Shown here: piece after piece, positions 9,829 to 18,195 of the stretch
Layout: each line of letters begins with the position of its first letter
Numbering within the stretch: position 1 is the first letter of the stretch
Origin: Candidatus Latescibacterota bacterium
GTDB lineage: Bacteria; Latescibacterota; UBA2968; UBA8231
NCBI GenBank assembly: GCA_965203175.1
Contig: OZ241867.1
Coordinates: forward strand, 4,000,001 to 4,064,000
Direction of reading: 5' to 3'
Length of the DNA: 64,000 bases
The notes under the pieces: model-generated
Database searches by the model: none
What the model saw: only the letters and a program-made list of their open reading frames with translations
What the model was told of the DNA's origin: nothing
Position numbers and translations under genes: made by a program

Positions 9829-10830
9829 ATGGTTAGCGAAGCCGCGCTCATAGACGACATGACGACTCCGACGCCCGAAGTCGTGGAGGCTGTGCGCCAG
9901 TTGGATGGGCCGATCCTGCTGCTGGGAGTAAGCGGCAAGATGGGACCGACCTTGGCCGAGCTGTTAGTGCGGGCCGGGGCGCAGCAGGTGGTAGGGGTAG
10001 CGCGCTTTACGGATGCAGAAAAGCGGCGCTACTTGGAGGACATCGGCGTGCAGACTATCGCCTGCGACCTGCTCGCCGACGAGGCGCTGAAGGAGTTGCC
10101 CGATGCGCCCAACGTCCTCTTCCTCGCCGGGTTTAAGTTTGGAGCCACCGGCAATGAAGACGCGACTTGGGCGATGAACACTGCATTGCCCAGCGCGGTG
10201 ATGGCGCGCTACTCCCAGTCGCGGATCGTCTATGTGAGCTCGGGCAATGTGTATGCGTATGCCAAGGCCCCGGGGCCGGGGGCGGACGAAGACGGAGACT
10301 TGGGGCCGGTGGGCGAATACGCCCAATCGCGCTTGGGCGGCGAGCGGGTCGCCGAGTACGCGTCGCGGATGCGGGGGACGCCCTTGGTGATTGTGCGGTT
10401 GTTTTACGCCACTGAGCCGCGCTACGGCATCATCCGCGATCTGGCCGATAAGGTGTGGCAGGAAGAGCCGATTGACTTGGCTATGGGGTACGTCAACCAA
10501 ATCTGGCAGGGCGACGCCAACGCCTATCTGTGCCGCTTCTTCCCTCTGTGCGATAGCCCGGCCGACGTCATCAATCTGACCGGCCCGGATACCTTATCTG
10601 TGCGCGCGCTAGCCGAACAGCTAGGAAAAATAATGGGCAAAACGCCCTGCTTCACGGGCACAGAGGCCCCGGACGCCCTCTTGGGGGATAGTCGGCGCTT
10701 GTGCGCGGAATTTGGCCGCCCACGCGTCAGCCCGGAGCAGATGCTGCACACTGTGGCCGAATGGGTCATGGCCGATGGTCTGAGCTTGGGTAAGCCGACC
10801 AAATACGAATCTCGCAGCGGGCAGTTCTAA
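9829..10830 (+). CDS. NAD-dependent epimerase/dehydratase family protein
   Basis: 'LLGVSGKMG' Rossmann motif, 'YVSSGNVY', 'YAQSR' variant of YxxxK. Confidence 0.85.
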   Translation: MVSEAALIDDMTTPTPEVVEAVRQLDGPILLLGVSGKMGPTLAELLVRAGAQQVVGVARFTDAEKRRYLEDIGVQTIACDLLADEALKELPDAPNVLFLAGFKFGATGNEDATWAMNTALPSAVMARYSQSRIVYVSSGNVYAYAKAPGPGADEDGDLGPVGEYAQSRLGGERVAEYASRMRGTPLVIVRLFYATEPRYGIIRDLADKVWQEEPIDLAMGYVNQIWQGDANAYLCRFFPLCDSPADVINLTGPDTLSVRALAEQLGKIMGKTPCFTGTEAPDALLGDSRRLCAEFGRPRVSPEQMLHTVAEWVMADGLSLGKPTKYESRSGQF

Positions 10831-10832
10831 CG

Positions 10833-11735
10833 ATGAAGGAGCGGATCGCCGAGGCGGCTGCCAAGTCCGTCGAGGCGCTGTTGACGGGCGGCGCGGGTGT
10901 AAGTGTGCTGCGGGACGGTCAATTGTTGTGGTCGCTATCGCATTTGTGGGATCAGCCGCGCTATCGGGGGCTAGCCGAGCAGGTGGCCGAGAGCCGTGAG
11001 CACGATGAGGCTGCGGTTCGCGATTCTCTTGCGCTGGCCGAGGGATTGGCGGCCTGTAGATATTGGGAACGGGCGCGGATGCTCGTGTTGCAAAGCCTAG
11101 CCCGTTGCGACGCGGCGGATTACGTCGGCGAGTCGCCAGAGGGGCAACCCATGCCCAAGGGGGCGCGCTGTCTCGATGACTGGGCACAAGTGCTGAGCGT
11201 GTGTACGCGCCTTTTGCACGTCCGCGCCGACCGCGAACTGCAAATAGCAGCCGCTCGCGCCGTAGCTGCCATCTTGAACTACCACTACCACCCGGACTTG
11301 GGGGGGGTGCTCTTTGCCGTCCGCGGCGACTTCTTCCACTTTGACGAGTACTGGGGAACCTGCGTCTACAGCGAGGCGGCCCTCGCCGCGCTGACTGCGA
11401 TGTTGGATGAAGCCGGTCGCCGTGGAGAGACGCACCTCAGCGCCTTGACGGGGCGCTACCTGCGCCAACACGTAGAAGCCGCTTGGAATCCGGCTACGGG
11501 CGGCATCCGCCGCGAGTACAGTTTGGGCGTCTGGAGTGATGAAAGGCCTGGGGCCGTCCAAGCCGCAGCCGTATGTGCCTTGGCGACGTTGCACCGTTAT
11601 CAGGGGGGCGATTGGGAGGCTGCGTGGTTGGAGCGGGTGCGAGGTTACCAAAGGAACTGTCCAACCGATCCGCTCGCCGAGTTGCGCTACTTAGTTCGCT
11701 GCACGCGGGAACCGAAGAAAAACTTGACATTGTGA
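10833..11735 (+). CDS. Hypothetical all-alpha protein, possibly a degenerate AGE/epimerase-like alpha/alpha toroid
   Basis: Long ORF in operon position with typical codon use; 'AWNPATGGI' resembles AGE-family loops but catalytic residues not recognised. Confidence 0.45.
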   Translation: MKERIAEAAAKSVEALLTGGAGVSVLRDGQLLWSLSHLWDQPRYRGLAEQVAESREHDEAAVRDSLALAEGLAACRYWERARMLVLQSLARCDAADYVGESPEGQPMPKGARCLDDWAQVLSVCTRLLHVRADRELQIAAARAVAAILNYHYHPDLGGVLFAVRGDFFHFDEYWGTCVYSEAALAALTAMLDEAGRRGETHLSALTGRYLRQHVEAAWNPATGGIRREYSLGVWSDERPGAVQAAAVCALATLHRYQGGDWEAAWLERVRGYQRNCPTDPLAELRYLVRCTREPKKNLTL

Positions 11736-11752
11736 AGTGAGAAAGCCATTCT
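11724..11752 (+). promoter_or_regulatory. Putative sigma-70 promoter for the 11788 gene
   Basis: TTGACA-17 bp-CATTCT; RBS CAGGAGG precedes the ATG at 11788. Confidence 0.5.
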
Positions 11753-11787
11753 GACCGCAGACGTTTTGACTAGTCAGGAGGTCTATC

Positions 11788-12864
11788 ATGATCGTCTATC
11801 ACGGCACCACGCGCCGCGCTGCGCGTCAGATTGCCCGCGATGGTTTTCAGCCGCGGTCGCCCTCGCGGCGGGTGTGGTTTTCGCGGGGCAAGAGGTACGC
11901 CAAGCAGCGGGCACACTCCAAATCGCGGCACACCCGAGATCGCCCCGTTGTGCTGACCGTAGATCTCGACTTGAAAACTCTGCGCCAGCGCCACGGCAGT
12001 CAGCAGGTGCGCGAAAGCGGCGGGGTTATTTCAATCAGAGGAGACATTCCCGCGTCCTCGCTGCGCAGCCACTATGGGCTGGGCCTCCCGGAGACCGCCG
12101 AGGAGATCGCCCGCTGGGTCAACGCCGTCTTGGGCGTCAAGGCGCACAAGGGCGTCAGCGCCCGCGACGAGGGCGTCTTGCGCTTGACCCGCTGGATCGA
12201 TAACCGGCTGGCGACCCAGCCCAATGCACGGCTCGGCGAGAAGGAATTGCTCGCCCGCGCCGCGCAGTGGATCCCCGACCGCTTTGCCGAGGTGGAGATC
12301 GACTTTGAGCATTTGCGGGTCTGGCCCAAGGTGGCGCGAGAGGCCGAGGCGCAGCAGGCCGCGTTCGAAATTGCAGCGCCCGTTGATCACCGCGAGGAAG
12401 AGGCCATCGCTTGCTTGGATTCGGACAAGCCGCAGCGGCAGGTGCGCGGCCTCCAGCTCTTGGCCGACCTAGACGATCCAGACCTGTTTGAGTGGTGCGT
12501 ATTGCTGCTCGGCGAGAGCCAGCCGCAAAGCGCGGTCGGCGTCCTCAAGGTGATGCGGCATTGCGATGACATTCAGCCGGAGGTATTAGTTCCGTACGCG
12601 GAGAGCGAGCACAAGGCGGTGCGCGGCGCGGCCATTGAAGTGCTGGTCCTGCGCAGTGGGGAAGAGGCCCCAAAGTGGTTTTGGCGCGGCCTGACCGACC
12701 CGGTGCCGCACGTGCGGCTGAGCGCGGCCAAGTTCCTCGACCGCCTCGACCCGCGCACGCATCGCGACAGCTTTGAGGCCGCGCTCTACGACCCGCACCC
12801 GCAGGTGGCGCAAGCGGCGCGCAAGCTGACGCAGCACATGGGATTTGAGCCGTTGTCTTGGTGA
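11788..12864 (+). CDS. Tpt1/KptA-like NAD-binding (ART-fold) domain fused to C-terminal HEAT repeats
   Basis: N-terminus 'VYHGTTRRAARQIARDGFQP...VWFS...RPVVLTVD'; C-terminal HEAT-like units 'VRGAAIEVL', 'GLTDPVPHVRLSAAKFL', 'ALYDPHPQVAQAA'. Confidence 0.6.
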   Translation: MIVYHGTTRRAARQIARDGFQPRSPSRRVWFSRGKRYAKQRAHSKSRHTRDRPVVLTVDLDLKTLRQRHGSQQVRESGGVISIRGDIPASSLRSHYGLGLPETAEEIARWVNAVLGVKAHKGVSARDEGVLRLTRWIDNRLATQPNARLGEKELLARAAQWIPDRFAEVEIDFEHLRVWPKVAREAEAQQAAFEIAAPVDHREEEAIACLDSDKPQRQVRGLQLLADLDDPDLFEWCVLLLGESQPQSAVGVLKVMRHCDDIQPEVLVPYAESEHKAVRGAAIEVLVLRSGEEAPKWFWRGLTDPVPHVRLSAAKFLDRLDPRTHRDSFEAALYDPHPQVAQAARKLTQHMGFEPLSW

Positions 12865-12913
12865 ATACTCAGTAGCCAAGACAACCTCCGATCTTCTCCA
12901 GTTTTCTAGAATT

Positions 12914-14089
12914 CTACTCGCCCGCCTGTTCGGCCAAGTAGTGCTTAGCCGTTTCGTCGTCGGGGTTGATCTCTGTGATTTGCCGGTAGTGTTCGCGGGC
13001 GCGGGGGACGTCGTGGCGGATGGCGGCGCTGGCGGCTAGGGCGTGGAGGATGTTGAGGTCTTGGGGCAGGCGTTTGAGTAGATGTGCAAGCTGTAGCTCA
13101 ATGTCTTCGATGTAATCGGGAACCTCGCGCTGCTCATCCGTTGGCGTCTTCTCGTCCGGTTTGAGCGCCGAGGTCAACGTCCCCACCATCCCGAAAATCC
13201 CCCCGAGCCCTCCGGTGCCCCGGCGGGACTGGAATGGGACTTGGACGTCGAGCGCAGCAAGGCTCAAGGATGCAGCTTCGACAAAGGCGGTAGCGGCCTC
13301 GGCATAGCGCCCGGCTTCGGCGAGTGCGCTGCCCAGGTTGTAGTAGATGGCCGGGTTGTTCAGCCCATAGGCGACAAGCTCGGCGTAGATGGCTAGCTCG
13401 CGGTTGTGGTCGTTTGCCGCAAAGGCGGCAGTGGCTTGGTCGCGGAGGGTGCTGAGGTGGTCTTCTACTTTGTGCAGGACCGCGGTAGCCGCCGGGTTGC
13501 GGCTGGGGACCAGCAGGGTTAGCTGGCCGCGCGGGTCGTGGCTCAAGACCGGGGTCTGGACGGTGAAGGGCAGTCCCTCGTCGGCTAGGGCCGTGGCGAT
13601 TTTTTGCATGTAGCGGGGTGAGCGGGTGCGGAGGAGGGGCTGCCAGCTATCGAGCTGATAGGTTGTGCCCGCGAGGTGATCCCAATCCGCTAGAGTCAGG
13701 AAATGGCGCAGCAGGTCTTGTAGGGACTGGCCCTCGGCGACGAAGAAGGAAAAGGCATACTCCTCGCCCCGGTAAACGTTCACCAGATAGGAGCGCAGCT
13801 CGCGCTGGACGACGAGGGTATCGCCGAAGTAGTGGGTAAAGGCCAACAGATGCCACAGCGGCAACTCTTCGCTGGCTTTTGCGAGGGCCTGGGCGATGGT
13901 GCAGGTTGCAGGGGCGTCTGCGTGGTAGCGGACTTCGACTTGGTCGATGAAGGCTTGGGGATCGACGTTGCGGCGTGCCAGTTCCGCGGCGACGCTGGCT
14001 AGGTAGGGGGCCTGATAGTTGGCGCGTTCTAGGGTGAGGGCGCGGACGAGATCCTCGTCGTGATAGGCGGCGAAGTGGTCTGCCTGCAT
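12914..14089 (-). CDS. Tetratricopeptide repeat protein
   Basis: 'AIYYNLGSALAEAGRYAEAATAF' and C-terminal 'ITEINPDDETAKHYL' TPR units; likely start ATG 14089 just after the small upstream ORF. Confidence 0.7.
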   Translation of the reverse strand: MQADHFAAYHDEDLVRALTLERANYQAPYLASVAAELARRNVDPQAFIDQVEVRYHADAPATCTIAQALAKASEELPLWHLLAFTHYFGDTLVVQRELRSYLVNVYRGEEYAFSFFVAEGQSLQDLLRHFLTLADWDHLAGTTYQLDSWQPLLRTRSPRYMQKIATALADEGLPFTVQTPVLSHDPRGQLTLLVPSRNPAATAVLHKVEDHLSTLRDQATAAFAANDHNRELAIYAELVAYGLNNPAIYYNLGSALAEAGRYAEAATAFVEAASLSLAALDVQVPFQSRRGTGGLGGIFGMVGTLTSALKPDEKTPTDEQREVPDYIEDIELQLAHLLKRLPQDLNILHALAASAAIRHDVPRAREHYRQITEINPDDETAKHYLAEQAGE

Positions 14090-14091
14090 GT

Positions 14092-14286
14092 TTAATCGAG
14101 CGGCAAGCGCCGACGCGGACGCTCCTCTTCTTTGGGGCGTTCTAAGCGGCCGGCCCCGCTGGTCGCCTGGCGGTAGAGGCGGACAAAACTCCGGCCCACC
14201 CACCAGACGAGGACGAGAAACGCGGCGATAGCGTAGGCCGAATGGCGGCTTTGGAGGTCGGTGAGGTACTCCCAAACAATATTCAT
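14092..14286 (-). CDS. Small single-TM membrane protein
   Basis: 64 aa, one hydrophobic helix 'AYAIAAFLVLVWWVG' followed by a basic tail; stop abuts the TPR gene start. Confidence 0.55.
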   Translation of the reverse strand: MNIVWEYLTDLQSRHSAYAIAAFLVLVWWVGRSFVRLYRQATSGAGRLERPKEEERPRRRLPLD

Positions 14287-14399
14287 TATCCACCGATTGT
14301 ATCCGCTACGAGAGACGAACGCAAGCCAATTCGCCGCTCGCTTCTAGTCTGGCTATATTTAGAAGCGGTTTCACAGCTCTATTCCACCGACCAACTAAA

Positions 14400-15911
14400 A
14401 TGACCAACAAACATCGCGTAGCCCTAGGGGCCATTTTTACGGAGTGCAATCAATTCGGCGGCGAGCCGATTGATTTGTCGTGGTTTGAGCGCTATGAGCT
14501 ACGGCGCGGGCGCGAGGTACTCGCGGCCGAAGATGGGGTGGCCGGCGGTATGCTCAGCGTGCTGGCGGCGCGCGGCGTGGAAGTTGCGCCCCTGTTGTTT
14601 GCCAGCACCTGTCCCGGTGGGCCGCTGACGCGGGCTTGTTACGACCCGCTCAAGGAAGAGCTTTTGACGCGTCTCAACGAAGCGCTCCCGGTAGATGGCG
14701 TCCTCATGCCGCTGCACGGGGCGGCGGCGGTGGAGGGCGGCATCGATTTGGAAGGGGATCTGCTGGCTGCCGTGCGGGACGTCGTCGGGGATGCCGTGCC
14801 TATCGTCGCTACGCTCGACCTCCACGCCCATATTTCCGCGGAAATGGTGCGCGCTGCCGATGGCTTGGTAGCGTGGGAGACCTATCCGCATCGCGATGCC
14901 TTTTCCACGGGCGAGCGCGGGGCGCGCCTGCTGTGCGACGCGCTCGCTGGCGCGTGCAAACCCGCGATGGCCATGGCCAAGGTGCCAGTGCTCACCGGGG
15001 CCATTCACGGCTCGACCGAAGACGATGATCCCTTCGCGCAAGTGATGGCCTTGGCCAAGGCAGGTGAGCAGCGCGATGGCATCCTCTCGACGAGTGCTAT
15101 CTTGGTGCATCCCTATCTCGATTTTGCTGGCATGGGTAGCGGTGGGCTAGTCATTGCCGACGGTGACTTTGCCAAGGCCGAAGCACTCGCCCGCGAGTTG
15201 GCCACGGCGTACTGGGAGCGGCGCTTTGCCTTAGAGCCAGAGTTGTACGCGCCCGAGGATGCCGTGCGCGCTGGTTTGGCCGTCCAGGGTGGTCCGGTGG
15301 TACTAGTCGAGGCTGCGGACTGCTGTGGTGGTGGGGCGGCTGGCGATAGTGTGGCGGCGCTGGTGGCTCTGTTGCAGGTCGAGTTGGACGGACCGGCGCT
15401 GGTGCCCTTGGTCGATGCCCGCGCGGCTGCAGCCTGCCACCAAGCTGGCGTTGGGGCCGAGGTGGAGTTGGCGCTGGGGCACGGGCACGATCCGCGTTGG
15501 GGACAGCCGATTGACGTGCGAGGCCGGGTGCTGCGGTTGAGCGATGGCCGCTTCCGCTATCAGGGCGGTATTTGGGCAGGGGTCGAAGGGCAGATGGGAC
15601 CGGCGGCAGTGCTCGCGCTGGAACAGATACAGGTGTTGTTGGCGTCGCATCCGACCTATGAGTGGGATGGCGAGCAATTTGCGGCTTTGGGGATGGACGC
15701 GGCACAAGCGCGCTTTATCGTCGCCAAGAATCCCATGAACTACCGCCTCGCCTTTGGACCAATGGCCCAGGCCGTTTTTGTGCTCGACACGCCGGGGCCG
15801 ACGCCGGCGACGGTGCGGCACTTGCCCTTTGTCCAGCGGGCGCGGCCCTTTTTTCCATTGGATTCGGATATGGAGTTGGAGATGGAGGTGCTGCGCGCGG
15901 AGGCGCGATAG
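14400..15911 (+). CDS. mlrC: M81 family metallopeptidase (MlrC-like)
   Basis: 'TECNQF', 'LHGAA', 'ATLDLHAH', 'TYPHRD', C-terminal 'DTPGPT...RPFFPLD'. Confidence 0.9.
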   Translation: MTNKHRVALGAIFTECNQFGGEPIDLSWFERYELRRGREVLAAEDGVAGGMLSVLAARGVEVAPLLFASTCPGGPLTRACYDPLKEELLTRLNEALPVDGVLMPLHGAAAVEGGIDLEGDLLAAVRDVVGDAVPIVATLDLHAHISAEMVRAADGLVAWETYPHRDAFSTGERGARLLCDALAGACKPAMAMAKVPVLTGAIHGSTEDDDPFAQVMALAKAGEQRDGILSTSAILVHPYLDFAGMGSGGLVIADGDFAKAEALARELATAYWERRFALEPELYAPEDAVRAGLAVQGGPVVLVEAADCCGGGAAGDSVAALVALLQVELDGPALVPLVDARAAAACHQAGVGAEVELALGHGHDPRWGQPIDVRGRVLRLSDGRFRYQGGIWAGVEGQMGPAAVLALEQIQVLLASHPTYEWDGEQFAALGMDAAQARFIVAKNPMNYRLAFGPMAQAVFVLDTPGPTPATVRHLPFVQRARPFFPLDSDMELEMEVLRAEAR

Positions 15912-15970
15912 CGCGATAGGATGAAGAAGGTTGAAGAGCAAGAAATACGGCGCGTTGCCGAACACATTGG
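15831..15970 (+). repeat. Copy 1 of the [mlrC 3' end + MNT 5' start] repeat (native copy)
   Basis: Aligns by eye to 16711-16860 and 17327-17354. Confidence 0.85.
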
Positions 15971-16247
15971 CCGCCAAGCAGATGCCGAACGGGTCGTCCT
16001 ATTCGGCTCCTATGCTCGTGGAGAAGCTACCGAGCACAGCGACGTCGATTTACTCGTGATCGCCCCAAGCGACCTGCCGCGCTTCAAACGCAGCCGCGCC
16101 CTCTATCAGTCGTTACGTCCCTATCCATTCGCTATGGACTTGTTGGTCTATACTCCAGAAGAGATGAAAAAGGCCCAACAGTCGCCTCTTTCCTTTGTTT
16201 CTACCGCGATGCGCGAGGGCAAAACGGTCTATGTCCGCCGAGACTGA
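15921..16247 (+). CDS. Minimal nucleotidyltransferase (MNT antitoxin)
   Basis: 'LFGSYARGEATEHSDVDLLVI' GS-x10-DxD motif; 108 aa. Confidence 0.9.
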   Translation: MKKVEEQEIRRVAEHIGRQADAERVVLFGSYARGEATEHSDVDLLVIAPSDLPRFKRSRALYQSLRPYPFAMDLLVYTPEEMKKAQQSPLSFVSTAMREGKTVYVRRD

Positions 16248-16629
16248 ACTTGCCCGTCAGTGGCTGACTAAGGCCCAAAATGACCTCCTCAATGCAGACA
16301 ACAACCTCAACGCCGAGCAGGTTCCTTTAGATACGGTATGTTTTCACTGCCAGCAGGCCGCCGAGAAAATGCTCAAGGCATTCCTCGTAGGTAACGGACA
16401 TCCCCATCCTTTTACACACGACCTGCTGCTGTTGCTGCAACATGTGCTTCCAATTCATGCCAATGCCGAACAGCTCCGCGATGCGCTGTCCCTCCTGATG
16501 CCTTATGCCATAGAAATTCGCTATCCAAGCGATGCGTTTACTCCTACCGAGGAGGATGCTCGGGAAGCGCGGCAGGCGGCTGAGGAGGTCTTGACGTGGC
16601 TGCGGGCAGCCCTTCCAGAAATTTTTTAG
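16231..16629 (+). CDS. HEPN domain protein (MNT-HEPN partner)
   Basis: 'WLTKAQNDL', 'CFHCQQAAEKMLKAFL', 'THDL', 'RYP'; overlaps the MNT gene end. Confidence 0.9.
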   Translation: MSAETELARQWLTKAQNDLLNADNNLNAEQVPLDTVCFHCQQAAEKMLKAFLVGNGHPHPFTHDLLLLLQHVLPIHANAEQLRDALSLLMPYAIEIRYPSDAFTPTEEDAREARQAAEEVLTWLRAALPEIF

Positions 16630-16710
16630 AAGCGTCTTGGCTAGACGAGGGAACGCGAGACCAGTATAGCTCCAAACCTCCTCGCCGTCTCCGAAAAGTA
16701 CAGCACTTCC

Positions 16711-16860
16711 TCCAGCGAGCGCGGCCCTTTTTTCTGTTAGATCCGGATATGGCGCTGGAGATGGAAGTTTTGCGCGCGAAGGCGCGATAGGGGAGAGTAA
16801 GACACAGTGATGAAGAAAATTGAAGAGCAAGAAATACGGCGCGTCGTCGAACGCATTGAC
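16711..16860 (+). repeat. Copy 2 (diverged) of the mlrC 3' end plus MNT 5' start
   Basis: Translates LQRARPFFLLDPDMALEMEVLRAKAR* versus native VQRARPFFPLDSDMELEMEVLRAEAR*, then MKKIEEQEIRRVVERI versus MKKVEEQEIRRVAEHI. Confidence 0.9.
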
Positions 16861-16941
16861 TACTACATGGAGCCGAAGCCGAGATTGAGGCGACACACCG
16901 ATTTGTTCGACAAGATGAGGCCAACCGCCGGAATCCGATGA
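16810..16941 (+). pseudogene. Truncated MNT 5' remnant (43-aa ORF)
   Basis: First ~16 codons match the MNT N-terminus, then unrelated sequence to TGA at 16939-16941. Confidence 0.7.
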
Positions 16942-17279
16942 TCGCCTACGGTGATCCTGTCGTCGTTGAATTCATGCAACAACGCCGGTGGGTATCACAA
17001 ATGAAACGGTCATTTGAATCCGTTTTCCGTAAAGCGCAAGACCAAGGCTATCAGCGGTTACATAACTATGTAGTTTCAGGTGCATTAAAGGGATTTATTT
17101 TGCCCTATCTGGGGCAAAGAGACAGCATGATAACGCTTCCTGATCTTGTGAGCCGGGAAGAAGTTTTGAATTACCCTACGGATTTTTCAGCTATGAATGA
17201 AGAATATATCGAGCGGCTTACTAAGCGTGGGGAACAATTGACTCGTTGGCTTATCGCCCGCTATACGCCCGAACTTTGA
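16938..17279 (+). pseudogene. C-terminal fragment resembling a patatin-like phospholipase
   Basis: 'GFILPYLGQ...YPTDFSAM...RGEQLTR.LI..Y.PEL' recalls the C-terminus of a patatin subfamily; no GxSxG/DGG N-terminal half; AT-richer than flanks. Confidence 0.5.
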
Positions 17280-17326
17280 CATTATATTGTAGGATCGAGG
17301 TTTTAGTCGAGGCGCGACGGATTATA

Positions 17327-17354
17327 GAGATACTGCGCGCGGAGGCGCGATAGG
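17327..17354 (+). repeat. Copy 3 (short) of the mlrC 3' end
   Basis: GAGATACTGCGCGCGGAGGCGCGATAGG = EILRAEAR*, versus native GAGGTGCTGCGCGCGGAGGCGCGATAG. Confidence 0.8.
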
Positions 17355-17762
17355 TCATCGGACGTGCCAGAGCTGAAGCGGCATCCATCTTGTCATGCGA
17401 CTGAAATCGGGGTCGGTCGCCAACATAACCAGTTTGTGGCGAATGCAGAGCTGGGCGAGTAGGACGTCGGTGGTTCCAATCTGAATGCCGTGGCGGCGGC
17501 ACTTGCTGTGCAACTCGGCTGCGTCAATGTAGTCGTCGCGCCCGGGCACAATCATGGCGAGCACTGCGAACCGTTCGGCGATCTGCTCTTTGGCTCTCGG
17601 CCCCATAAAGCCCTGCAACAACTCCTGCAGGACGATTCCAGTCGTGTAAATCGATTCACCACCACCGAGCGCCTCCCGCAGACGCTGGACTTCGGGCCCT
17701 TTGGGCATCGTGTCTCGTCGCAAGGCCAGCGACCAGACGCTTGTGTCCACAAACAACGTCAC
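17355..17762 (-). CDS. vapC: PIN-domain toxin
   Basis: 'FVDTSVW', 'VLQELLQG', 'DVLLAQLC', 'ATDPDF' acidic PIN residues. Confidence 0.92.
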   Translation of the reverse strand: MTLFVDTSVWSLALRRDTMPKGPEVQRLREALGGGESIYTTGIVLQELLQGFMGPRAKEQIAERFAVLAMIVPGRDDYIDAAELHSKCRRHGIQIGTTDVLLAQLCIRHKLVMLATDPDFSRMTRWMPLQLWHVR

Positions 17763-17959
17763 CCACGGCTCCGTTCGCGTTTGTAGTCAAAGCTGTCGTC
17801 CCAGTACAATTTGCCAAAAAGATCCAAGAGCCGTTCCTGCTCTCGGCGCGCGATGAATTCCTGCAAGGCGCGGTTGACGGTCGCTTTCTTGGTTTTCTCA
17901 CCGCCGATTTCTAACGCTCTGTTGAGCAGGTCTGGGTCTATCGCCAAGTTTGTCGCCAT
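17759..17959 (-). CDS. vapB: VapB-family antitoxin
   Basis: 'MATNLAIDPDLL..A...G.KTKKATVNRALQEFI'; 4-bp overlap with vapC. Confidence 0.9.
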   Translation of the reverse strand: MATNLAIDPDLLNRALEIGGEKTKKATVNRALQEFIARREQERLLDLFGKLYWDDSFDYKRERSRG

Positions 17960-17977
17960 TGTAATTTCCTCTCACAC

Positions 17978-18009
17978 ATATAGTTACACATGAATATAGT
18001 TACACATGA
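17978..18009. repeat. Perfect 16-bp tandem repeat in the vapBC promoter region
   Basis: ATATAGTTACACATGA x2. Confidence 0.9.
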
Positions 18010-18195
18010 ATTAATTGCAAACGTGTGGCGTGGTCAAGTTTCTTTTCATCAACCTTTCATTTGTGTGACCCGCTCATGTTAGGGTCCCCAAGCGGCTAAT
18101 TGTTGGCTGAGATAGTCGATGTATATTATGGCCGAAGCCTGACGGCGATGTAAGGAGTCACCCCGGCTAGACGAGAACACACCAGAGAGGATGGA

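Noticed and set aside
14339-14367. Inverted repeat CGCTTCTA...TAGAAGCG between divergent genes
   Set aside because: An 8-bp stem with a long loop and no second copy or linked regulator; function unsupported.
15831-17354. mlrC-end repeats as integron attC sites or prophage att sites
   Set aside because: No attC-like inverted-repeat structure was recognised, no integrase is in the window, and the copies are diverged coding sequence.
16640-18176. Shared 11-mer GGCTAGACGAG near 16640 and 18166 as a possible target-site duplication
   Set aside because: Too short to separate from chance without comparative data, and it does not bound a coherent element.
18010-18195. Intergenic stretch examined for a tRNA, riboswitch or ncRNA
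   Set aside because: No cloverleaf or recognisable conserved motif was seen; an Infernal/Rfam scan would be needed to exclude one.
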